A stretch of DNA of 64,000 nt, taken from positions 7,254,001 to 7,318,000 of the forward strand of contig CM035358.1 of assembly GCA_020137815.1 (NCBI GenBank). The letters are read 5' to 3'. The stretch's first letter is position 1. Every line of letters starts with the position of its first letter. This DNA comes from Hormiphora californensis (lineage: Eukaryota > Animalia > Ctenophora). The notes under the pieces are model-generated. The model ran no database searches. It saw nothing but the letters and a program-made list of their open reading frames with translations, and was not told where the DNA came from. The position numbers were made by a program, and so were the translations under genes. Below, in pieces: positions 12,401 through 25,200 of this stretch.

Positions 12401-15400
12401 ACAAATGCAAAGACAGACAAATAGGGAAGAGAGAGAGAGTAGAGTAGAGCTGTAGTGGTCTGTAGCTAATAATTGAGCTGTGTGCATCCAATGCCCTGCA
12501 GTCCCTGGACTCTCTACTGCAGGGTATAGAGTCTGCACTCTCTGGACTCTCTACTGCAGCCCTTATACAGGGAAGGTTACTCTACAGGGTATGTAGTGTC
12601 TACTGCACTCTCTGCAGTAATGATGTAATTGGAGCGTTTCAGTGTGCTTCAGGGGGGAAGGGATACAACCAAACACTGGAGCGAAAACAGCATGAATTCT
12701 AAAGGGAAGGAAGATTCCTAAATTTCTTTGATCTGCAGCCCCTCCTGATTTGAATTCCTTCAAACCATTTGAGTCCTAAACCTACTTGTTCCCTCGATGT
12801 AGATGGGGGTGTGGAAGATGTTACGCAGTGCCCGACACGGTATCTCACAACACATCATGACGTCACGGCGTGTGTCACGCGTTAGTTGTCACGCGTTATA
12901 TGGTGTGACGCGTGATCACCTCACGGTATTATCTGTAGATCTGTGAACTAGCACACAGAAATCAGTTTCTGAGAAACATCTACATTTCACATTTTAGAGG
13001 AGCTAAAAAGGATAATCTGAATGAGAATTTGCAAAGCTAGATAACAAAAAGGAAACTTATTTATAGGAAGTATCAAAGATATGAGAAAGCTCATCAAGCA
13101 ACAATAAACTGCAGATGGAGGAGGGGATAACAAAAGGTTGTTTTATCGGTAAGGTCTCACCTTACACAGTTATAACATCCAAGCCATGGTACCCTACAAC
13201 AGTCTACACCCTATTATATCTAACATATTATGGTACACCTTATTATACGGCCTTTGTGTGGCACAATGCCCCATCAAGCAAAGGTCCTATCAAAGAAGAG
13301 GGCCCCTTTACAATACACACATGTTTCCAGAGCTGGTCTTTACCTCTCTTTATGTCACAGCACAGAGGTGCGGTGTGTGGAATGCATAGGAAACAAGGGA
13401 AGGATAATAGGACATTCTTACAGTTAAAGTGTGTAGTGACTCAGAGGTTACAAGTAGGCTTTAGATTACATATCCATACGTGAATGCTACCAGCAAGGGC
13501 CTTGCTATGTTCTAAGGGGTCGAGCTAGGCAACAAGGGCCCTGGTTATGATTCCATACAATCGGGATATTTAATTACACTGTTATGCTGACACTGATGCA
13601 GTACTAGTCTCATTTATCTATCCCAGCCGGTATAACGATGCAGGCACGGTCTATGTCAAACCAAATCTAACAACAACAACAACAACAACTACATATAAAA
13701 TGACACTTGCCAAGGAAAACAGAGCGGAATGAACAAAGTAGAAACTAATCGTGACAGGGCCAACAATGTACTGTGTATAATGTGTGTATAAAATACACAA
13801 GCAGTACACAAAACCCAATAGTAGTGTGTGCTAGCCAGTCAAGCGGTGTTCACTGAACTGTCTACTGCTGATAGTGAACACTGCATTCAACAAGCAACAG
13901 ACAGTAGACAGTTCAGAAATGTGTTCCAGGCAGCGGTGACTCTCACTCAGTGCAAGTGACACAGCGCAAGTGAGACAGTGTAGAAGGGTCTAACGTTGTA
14001 TGAGGTGGGCCAAATTAGACTAAAGACTTGTGGACTGAGGAGGGCCCGTTTATACAGCTACACAGTACATCGTACAGTGCAGTAGTAAACTAGTAGACGC
14101 TGGCAGTAGGAAAAGTGATGTTACAATATCACACCAATACACACACTGTGTAACACACACAGTGGTGAGAAAAAGAAGGTTGAGCAATCTTTCAAACGAG
14201 ATCCCGCAAGATGTAGATTCTACATTGTAGAATGTGTCATGACTCATGACTGAAAAACACGCAGCAGTATAAGAATAACTATCACAACATATAGCGGGTA
14301 CATGATGAGTGTTGCAGCAGAAATATAGCACACATAGCATATGCAGCACTAAGACATGATGAATTTACGAGGCAGGTCGAACAGCTGGGGTAAAATAATT
14401 ATGAGGCCGTCACATCTAATGAGGTTACTGTAGTCTAGGATTAAAGGAAATATCTTACAACCCCTGCAATTTACACTTGCAGTATATTGGGTATTGAATG
14501 TACGGGTATATTATTATGGGGGGCTGGTACAGACTCATCTACTCAACTAAACAGTAATACTACACTGTTGCACTACACCTTACCGATATAATTACACTGC
14601 ACGCTGTGCTGCTATTATAGTTCTCAACCTGCAGTACACCACGGGAAAGGGACATAGTGGGACAAAATGGAGAGGGACATAGTGGGACAAAATGGAGAGG
14701 GACATAGTGGGACAAAATGGAGAGGGACATAGTGGGACAAAATGGAGAGGGACATAGTGGGACAAAATGGAGAGGGACATAGTGGGACAAAATGGAGAGG
14801 GACATAGTGGGACAAAATGGAGAGGGACATAGTGGGACAAAATGGAGAGGGACATAGTGGGACAAAATGGAGAGGGACATAGTGGGACAAAATGGAGAGG
14901 GACATAGTGGGACAAAATGGAGAGGGACATAGTGGGACAAAATGGAGAGGGACATAGTGGGACAAAATGGAGAGGGACATAGTGGGACAAAATGGAGAGG
15001 GACATAGTGGGACAAAATGGAGAGGGACATAGTGGGACAAAATGGAGAGGGACATAGTGGGACAAAATGGAGAGGGACATAGTGGGACAAAATGGAGAGG
15101 GACATAGTGGGACAAAATGGAGAGGGACATAGTGGGACAAAATGGAGAGGGACATAGTGGGACAAAATGGAGAGGGACATAGTGGGACAAAATGGAGAGG
15201 GACATAGTGGGACAAAATGGAGAGGGACATAGTGGGACAAAATGGAGAGGGACATAGTGGGACAAAATGGAGAGGGACATAGTGGGACAAAATGGAGAGG
15301 GACATAGTGGGACAAAATGGAGAGGGACATAGTGGGACAAAATGGAGAGGGACATAGTGGGACAAAATGGAGAGGGACATAGTGGGACAAAATGGAGAGG

Positions 15401-18400
15401 GACATAGTGGGACAAAATGGAGAGGGACATAGTGGGACAAAATGGAGAGGGACATAGTGGGACAAAATGGAGAGGGACATAGTGGGACAAAATGGAGAGG
15501 GACATAGTGGGACAAAATGGAGAGGGACATAGTGGGACAAAATGGAGAGGGACATAGTGGGACAAAATGGAGAGGGACATAGTGGGACAAAATGGAGAGG
15601 GACATAGTGGGACAAAATGGAGAGGGACATAGTGGGACAAAATGGAGAGGGACATAGTGGGACAAAATGGAGAGGGACATAGTGGGACAAAATGGAGAGG
15701 GACATAGTGGGACAAAATGGAGAGGGACATAGTGGGACAAAATGGAGAGGGACATAGTGGGACAAAATGGAGAGGGACATAGTGGGACAAAATGGAGAGG
15801 GACATAGTGGGACAAAATGGAGAGGGACATAGTGGGACAAAATGGAGAGGGACATAGTGGGACAAAATGGAGAGGGACATAGTGGGACAAAATGGAGAGG
15901 GACATAGTGGGACAAAATGGAGAGGGACATAGTGGGACAAAATGGAGAGGGACATAGTGGGACAAAATGGAGAGGGACATAGTGGGACAAAATGGAGAGG
16001 GACATAGTGGGACAAAATGGAGAGGGACATAGTGGGACAAAATGGAGAGGGACATAGTGGGACAAAATGGAGAGGGACATAGTGGGACAAAATGGAGAGG
16101 GACATAGTGGGACAAAATGGAGAGGGACATAGTGGGACAAAATGGAGAGGGACATAGTGGGACAAAATGGAGAGGGACATAGTGGGACAAAATGGAGAGG
16201 GACATAGTGGGACAAAATGGAGAGGGACATAGTGGGACAAAATGGAGAGGGACATAGTGGGACAAAATGGAGAGGGACATAGTGGGACAAAATGGAGAGG
16301 GACATAGTGGGACAAAATGGAGAGGGACATAGTGGGACAAAATGGAGAGGGACATAGTGGGACAAAATGGAGAGGGACATAGTGGGACAAAATGGAGAGG
16401 GACATAGTGGGACAAAATGGAGAGGGACATAGTGGGACAAAATGGAGAGGGACATAGTGGGACAAAATGGAGAGGGACATAGTGGGACAAAATGGAGAGG
16501 GACATAGTGGGACAAAATGGAGAGGGACATAGTGGGACAAAATGGAGAGGGACATAGTGGGACAAAATGGAGAGGGACATAGTGGGACAAAATGGAGAGG
16601 GACATAGTGGGACAAAATGGAGAGGGACATAGTGGGACAAAATGGAGAGGGACATAGTGGGACAAAATGGAAAGGGACATAGTGGGACAAAATGGAGAGG
16701 GACATAGTGGGACAAAATGGAGAGGGACATAGTGGGACAAAATGGAGAGGGACATAGTGGGACAAAATGGAGAGGGACATAGTGGGACAAAATGGAGAGG
16801 GACATAGTGGGACAAAATGAGTCAATAGTCATTACTGCAGTAATGACTATTGACTCATACCATGGTATTGCATTGCAATCTGGAAATGAATTCAGTGGGT
16901 GTAGTGCCTTGAAGAAGGAAAACTACTTTGAAGGAGAAAGACGATGAGAGAGAAGAGACAAATTCTGACAGGATAATGAACCACGTGGTATAACAGACCA
17001 ACTAAAACACAACTAATCACTCCTACCCACTCACAGGCTCCACAAAATATCTTAATAACCTCTAATTACTTGCATGGTGTTATGACAAGTTTTAGACAAA
17101 ATAACTATATAAACTTGTCTAAACTGTGTTTAGTTATTACAAAGTAGACTCCATGACTATCATACCGCTTATCATAACTACCCACAATTTTATCAACCAC
17201 CATAGAGCTCACCAGTATAACAGCCGCCCAATTTGAACCTACCCTACTAGGACACCCATTCGGGTACTTTCTAAAAGTCATACCCTAAGTCTGTTACTTC
17301 CCACTTTATAGTACTCACCGCACCAAGTGATGTTGATAGTGTAGTTTCCATCTCCCGCCACATTATAAACAACCTGATGTGTAGTAGTGGTTATTGATCG
17401 GAGGAGTTGTACTAAGATCTAATTGCCTGTATTCCTGTAGGTCTGTAGAACTCTCAGTCGACTTTAGTGTTTGTTTGTCTGCCATGGCGTCCTATTGATC
17501 AGTATGAGAAGTGTAGCTGCACTGAAATAAATCAGGCAAAGTCAGTTTCGGGATTTGATCAATTATAGTCATTATTCACACTCACCGGCTGGTTTTGTGT
17601 GTTTGAAATTGGTAGGTCGAGTCGCTGCTATTTGGCTGTTGATTTTCATGTGGGGACCTGCCGGTTTGTCTCACTCTCAGTTTCATATGGGTATGTATCT
17701 CAGTATCTCCTAATAAGTACTTGCAACTCACCTTTGTGTGATGAGGTGACAGTTTCTCAATCTCAGGTTCCACTGGGGTTCCACCAGGTCCAACTATACT
17801 CACACCAAGGTCTCCAGAGTCAGGTCCAGCCCGGGAGGAATCAATAAAGAACTCACTCTTGCACCCTGGTGTTCCTGTTAGACAATTAGGTGTGTTTTAT
17901 AGGTTGTTGTAGTAGTGAGGTATTAGTGAGGTTGCTTGGTGGAGCAGTTTACAGTGATTAGCTTATTGGGTTTGGTGTCACGCGACGTTTGAAGACATTG
18001 GAGTGGGATGAGGTCAGATAGAGAGAAAGAGACTGTACGGCGAATTAGGTTTATTATAGCTTCTAGAGAAGCTCAAATATTTTCATCTGATCCGCAGAAC
18101 TTTAATCCAAGATGTAATAAGGATCATAGAGGGGTGTGTGATAATCAGGTTTGAGGAATATTATGAAGTGGTATCCCTCTACACCAACTGTGATATGCAC
18201 ACTGCCGTGGACACTGCCATCTCTCGCCTTGAGGAACAGCCTGACCTCCTACCTTCTCCTCTAACACCTCAAACCTTGCGGACCCTTCTCCTCTTCTGCC
18301 TTGATAATGCCTACTTTGAATTCGACGGGAAGTTCTACAAACAGACCTCTGGTGGAGTTATGGGATCACCCCTCACTGTCGCCCTAGCTGAAATCCGCAC

Positions 18401-21400
18401 CTCCCAACTGGAACAACACGCCCTGGATACCTTCTCCGAACCCCTTCACTCTTACCGACACTTTGTAGACGATGGAATAGGAGCCGCCCGAGACGCCGAT
18501 CACGCTACCGCCTTCCTAAACCACATCAACTCCCTCTCTTCTGACCTCCAGTACACCATTGAACACCCCAAGGATGGCTACCTACCCTATCTTGATGTCC
18601 TCATCCACCCTGATCTTTCTACTTCTATCTACAGAAAACCTACCCACACCAACCTCTACCTGAAATACAACTCCTCTACCCCAGCCTCTACTCGACGCTC
18701 CGTCATCCAGTCCCTCACCAGACGTGCCTACACTCTCTGCTCTCCTCAACATGTGGAACAGGAACTCGACACCGTCTACTCTATCTGCCTGGCTAATGGA
18801 TTCCCTCCTCACGAGACAACAACCCTGATGGACTCTGTACGTGATAAACTACACAGGAAACCCACCATTGGTGACTTCGACCGTGAATGGAGAGACTCTC
18901 AACGCATCACCCACAGGATCTCCCTTCCTTATCATCCTGACCTGGCCAACCCACTGAAGAGGATCCTCAACCGCTACAACATCGCTGTATCCTTCTCTTC
19001 TTCTTCTACCTCCATTAGGAACACCCTCACCCGTACCAAATCCTCTACTCCCTCTTCTTCAACGTGCAACGTTATCTACCGGATTCCCTGTCTGGACTGT
19101 CCTGCTTCCTACATTGGCCAAACCAAACGACCTGTTCTTACTCGCATCACGGAACACGAGCGCCATCACCGCCTTGATAACTCTACCGATTCCTATGGAA
19201 ACATCAAATCCGCCCCTGCCCTACATGCCCTGAAATCTTCACACACCATTGGCTGGAACAACACGGAAATCCTAACTACTGCTCCATCCTCTTCCCACTT
19301 GGATCTCCTAGAACACGCTGCCATTACTATCCTCAAACCTGAACTCAACCGTACCCTCAAGGGACCCGCCATCAATCCTCAGTGGAACTCCCTCCTTCCT
19401 CGGATCACCTCTTCCTTCCATCCTAGACCCAGCAACATCTCCAAGTTCGGATCACCTACCGCTTCCTAGCTGCTCTCCTCCCTGGATCACCTACCTCTCT
19501 CCCCTCCCTGGATCACCTCTCCTTCCTAACCACATCTCCTCCCTCTGGATCACCTATCTCTTCTCCTCCCTTATAAGGACTACCACCCTCACTCTCATTA
19601 TAGCTGAAGACGTGATACACAGTGATCTCGAAAGCTTCTGTCAATTTATTTGATTTAGTACCATTATATCGTTGTCTATCTTGTTAATTATGAAGTGATT
19701 AGGACATCCCATAAAGAGAAGAATCAGGGGTTGAAGAACAGCAAAACTCGTTTATTAGTATTAAGAAGAATTGATCACTGCATTTACACGTCAGCAACAC
19801 ATTAACATCTACATACCATGTCACACGTGCGGGGAGAAAGAGCTTTGACAATATATTATCTCTCGGCTGAATTTTATGAAGAAATAAAACTAAAAACATA
19901 AAAAGGGGTAAAAGGATGCATGCAAAATGGACACAAAAAAGTTGAATTTTTCATGCGCCAAAAATCAGTCTATTCTTCTACATAAAACTCTTGAGTTTCC
20001 AAGAAAGTATTTCATAGATTCCCAGAAATCAGATCTGTTTGAAAGTCTGTTTGAACCCCAATTACTAACTCTCCATCTCTAACCGATGAATTGTGGTAGG
20101 CGGTAAATGTTAACCAGATCTGTGAGAATTTCGCACGTTTTTCCCCATAACTCAGCCATTTCTTGACCAATTTGCAAAATCTTTGGCTCTTTGGAAAGAG
20201 GACATTGAGATCTCTCAAATGAGCTCAAGAAAATTAAAATTGGCGCAAATTGCGCGGCGTGGTGGCGAAAACGCGCGTTTTGCGCCATGACGCCGCGCAT
20301 TTTGCGCCGATTTTAGTTTTATTGGGCTCATTTGAAAGAGCTCAATGTCCTCTTTCCAACGCACCCAAGATTTTGCAAATTGGTCAAGAAATGACTGAGT
20401 TATGGACAAAAACGTGGTTTTGCACGTACGTTTTCTCTCAGATCTGGTTAACATTTACCGCCTACCATGAATTGTCCAATCTACCATTTCCACTCCTCAA
20501 CACATTCACCGTATACCAACACAGTCCTGCCATCACTCCAGTTGTACAGGATTGTAATCACCAAACTATTTCTCTCCCACCTTGTACAAGATCCATCCCT
20601 CACACAGCACTGGAACAACCAACACCAACATTCCCCCACAACCCCCACCCACCAAATCAGAGATACCAGTTGCTAGGCAACCAGGCAGCACCAGATACAT
20701 GTAGACCTTTAGTAGAATATCAGAGATATTAGCAGGGAGGGTGTTTCTGGGGCAGCAATCCCACTCTAGAGCTGTAGTGATTGAGAAGTAGAGGAGAGCA
20801 GTGAGAGAGACACAGGTTCGGAGGGAGCAGTGGACCGTTAGGAGGGTCAGCACACATACCAGGGTACAGGCAAGGTGGAACAAAGGTAGGAGGTTCACTT
20901 CTTTCTTTTCAACCACCTCTTCTTCTTTCGCCTCTCCCTCTTCTGCTACTTCCTCTTCCTTTGAAGAGGAGGAGGAGGAGTCTTCTCTCACGATACCATC
21001 ATCATCCCCATCAGGAGGGGCAGCAGTTTTAACTTTCCTCGCCATCTCTATCTCCTCCTCCTCCTCCTCTGATGAACCAGAGGTAGAACCATTAGCCCCC
21101 TCCTCCTCCTCAGCCTCCTCTTTAGCCCCATAGTCATCGTACAGCCTCTTAATGGTCATTGGGGTGATGGTAGGTAGATCTTTACCTCCCACAGGCACCG
21201 TCTTCATCTCAGTCATTCCCTCCTCCTCAACCAAGTGTAATGACGTCACGTCAGTAGTTTCCTTGGTGGGTGTCTTGAGTTCTAGAGCGCTCTCTCCCCG
21301 GGTAAACAGCTTCGTAGTGGAAACAGGTTCCTCCTTCACAATATCAGTTGCAGTTATTCCTCCCTCTTCCTCAACTGGGTTCAGTGATGACGTCACAAGG

Positions 21401-22167
21401 TCAGTAGTTTCCTCCATAGTATTTTGTACTAGCTCCAATACTTCAATGTCTCCCTGATCACTCTCAGGTTGATATGTCAGATGTAGGGGGTTGTGTGGTG
21501 TCCTAATTGAAATGTCCTCAGCAACTATTTCTACTTCAACTTCTTCTGCTGCTGCTAGTTGAACCTCCTGATAACTGATATCCTCCTCCTCGTCGCTAGG
21601 TGGCAGTTGGTCGAGGGATATGATCTCAAACCTCCCCGTGCTAAAATCTGCAGGTGGAGAGGTGGAGTCATTTTGGGGCTCCATGAATCGGGGGTGTGGA
21701 AAGAGGGGAACAAGAGCAAAGCTATGATTCTAAAGAGTTTCAAATCAGGATAGCATTTAATTTATCACCATGGAGACATAATTAATCAATATGCATAACC
21801 ACGGCAAGATTAATGTTGGCAAAAAGAGTAGCAGGGAGCGCACAGCTGAGGGAGAGGGAGATAGAGAGAATACTATGTGCCTCAAGGAAAGAAAACTGTG
21901 TGGCCCCAAGGAAACATGGTATGCCAGTAAATGCCTCTGTATAGCTATGTGAGCTGTGCTGTGTGGCCCCAGCAGTATGCCAGTGAATGTAACAAGCCCC
22001 CTCGTGAGGTTCCAGCAGTAGCCTTTATAGCTATTATCAGGTTTCAGGCGAACAGGGGATGAACAAAGAGTGGAATGTGAGTCAGGCCACATAGGGAGCA
22101 AGGCCAGAGAGATAGATAGTGAGTGAATAAGGCCAGGGAAACATAGTGAGAAAGAGAGATAGAGAGA

Positions 22168-22237
<70 letters not shown>

Positions 22238-25200
22238 ATCTTTCCCTCAGCTGGCTCCACAGTTGCTGAAGAGAACACACACACAAACTTGATCAGATTC
22301 CAAACAAAGCATTCAAATCGGAACAATCGGATAAAAGCAGCTCCATTACTATCACATTTCTCTCATGGGCTCTCTTTAGTAAAAGTAACGATCTCACTTT
22401 TGCTCTCTCTTTAGTAAAAGTAACGATCTCACTTTGCTCTCTCCTTAGTAAAAGTAACGATCTCACTTTTGCTCTCTTTAGTAAAAGCAACAATCTCACT
22501 ATAGCTCTCTTTAGTAAAAGTAACGATCTCACCATAGCTCTCTTTAGTAAAAGTAACGATCTCACTATAGCTCTCTTTAGTAAAAGCATCAATCTCACTT
22601 TTTCTCTCTCTTTAGTAAAAGTAACAATCTCACTATAGCTCTCTTTAGTAAAAGTAACGATCTCACTGACAATGGAGCTGCTATTAGAACCCTCATGGGG
22701 GCTCTCATTACAAGAACAAAGAAGCAGCAGTACCCGCACACGCAAACATTTAGGGGGAGGAATATAATATAATGTGTCTCGAATATGCGTGATATATGAG
22801 AAAATATGACGGTGAGAGAGATCATGGAGAGATAGAGAGGGATAGATAGAGAGAGATAGAAAAAAGATAGAGAGATGTGATTGGATTAGTATGTCGCAGA
22901 GGGCCCACCTGGGCCTTTAAAAAAGATAAAGATAATCACGAACCTTCCTCAAGCCCCTTTCCATATGCCAGAACGTCCCCAGCGTTTGCTCCTTTGGTTA
23001 TTTCTGGTCTGCAGGACGGAGGTTTGGGTGATATAAGGTTTGGGTGATGTCCAGACATTATTTGTGATAATCGGTCTCTTTGTCGGTAATTGTGCAAGCC
23101 AGACATGGGGATATACAATTAGTGATGGATAGTTTTATGAAGGAGCAAAACGATTGTCAAGTATTCAAAATTAAACCCAAATAATATACCAGAATTAACT
23201 AACTCGTTTTCTAATTAGCACAAAACACACAAAGTACAGACTGTTAAAATTGTCAGTTAGTTTGTAGTCTGTCATACTCTTGGTAGCTCGCTACATTTAA
23301 TAATTGTCCCTTGCCAGCGTGCCCCGCGGAGGTAATCAAGTCATAATCGACCTCCAGAATTCAAATACTGAGCCCTTCTTGTTTTGATTTTAGCAGGATA
23401 TGGTTATCAACTGTCTATTTGCGAGGGGGTTGCATGTGTCTACTTCTTATTTCGAGGTAGTTACACATGTGTCTACTTCTTATATCGAGGGGGTTGCATG
23501 TCCTCTGGGAGATCCTGATAGTAAGTCACACTAACTGACCCATCCCCTCCCTGCACATTCTTAATCCAACTCTCATCTGCAGAGAACCTCTTGGATCTAT
23601 TGGTAGGGAGGGAGGTGTCTGTCCTGGCACTCTCCTCCTTCGGCTTTCTGATGGGTTTCATTGGCTTCCCTTGGGGGTAGGAAGTTGGGGTGGAGGTATC
23701 TGAAGAAGAAGATGAGGAGGAACTAGAAGAACTAGATGATGAGGAGTATTTCCTCCTTCTGTTCCTCTTCTTCCTCTTCCTATCCTTCTTTCTCCTGGGC
23801 TTCTCCTCCTTTACAACAGGGGGTGAAGGTAGCCGGGGAGGTAGAACAGGGGGATGAGCGGGGGCCATCAGGGGTTTACTTCTACTAGCACTACTAGACA
23901 TGTCCAACTTGCTAGACTGTTTGATAATGGGGGTATAGGTAGGTACCGTATAGGAGGGTGCTGTATATGTCGGGGTGTAAGTTGGTGCTGATTGGCGACT
24001 TGGTGAAGATCTATCTAGTGTCCTCTCAGGGGTGAATCTAACTGGAGGCGGGGCCTTCTCCAGCTTTGGGCGTGATCTCCACTTGACCTCCTCCTCTGAG
24101 GAAGATGAAGATGATGATGATGAAGACACCTTGTCTTTGGTGACTAGGAGATTCCTCTTTGCCAACCATTCCTCACCCCAAGAAGACTCTCTCCTCTGTT
24201 TAGCAGTTTGTTTTACTTTGGGAGGTTCCTTCCTCACATAGACATCCCGTTTAGGGGGTTCTGGGGAGGGGGTCCTCTCCTTCAAGTAACTAAAGTTAAC
24301 GATAGGTTTAGAGGATCTGACAGGTTGGAGTGTCTCACTCTTCTTCTCTGGAACTGTTCCGTCCTGCTTCAGGAATATCGTGTTCCTCACGTGCGAGTTC
24401 TTGGAGTTCCGTGGGAGACTCTGGGACCGTGTTAGATTCTTATCATTATCAGTAGTTTCAGTCTTGGTGAGAAGTTGAGCCATTCGCTCTTCCACGACAC
24501 TCTTCCTCCTTTCCAGAGTCCTTGGTTTTTCTTCATCGGGGATACCCTCCCATTCAGGCTTAGCCTTCTTCTTCTTCTTATCTCCCCTTACTGCATCAAT
24601 ATCCCGCCCTTTCCTCAACTGTCTATCCATCTCCTTGGCTCTCTCCTCTGCTGTCATGCTATGCCACTTCCCGCTATCAGCACTATCATTGTTCTCCTCT
24701 GCAATCGCTATCCCTGTCACACTCTGATATTCCTTTCTACTGTTCTTGATAGCCTCGTTGTAGACCTTAGGACGGTATTTCATCTCCGATCTGTAGAGCC
24801 TCCTATCTCTCTCGTTCTCGAAGGAGGAGTCTCGACGGACAAAGGGTCGTTTATTATTGACAGGGGCTACTTTCTTTGGTGGGGGAGTAGGGGTAGAAGA
24901 ATCAGAGCTGCTACTATCTGCCTTCCATCTCTTATCATTGTCTGATGAGTCCCTTCTCTTATAGGTCCAGGACACTTTAGGTTGTTCAGGGGGAGGTTGA
25001 TCATCTTCCTTCTTAGACCAGAAGCTGAGTTCGGGCAGTTTGAAACCTCCAGAGTCATCCTTTTCAGGAGACTTCTCTTTCTTTTTATCATTATCTGAAC
25101 TGGAGCCATCCTTTCTCCCAAATGTTGGAAGATTAAAGTTCCACTTCTTGTCGTCACCCTCATCGCTACTCTTCTTCTCAACTTCAGGCTTCTTCTTTTT

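Noticed and set aside
14560-16832. Three 730-750-aa ORFs
   Set aside because: Translation of a stop-free 25-bp minisatellite in all three frames; not a gene
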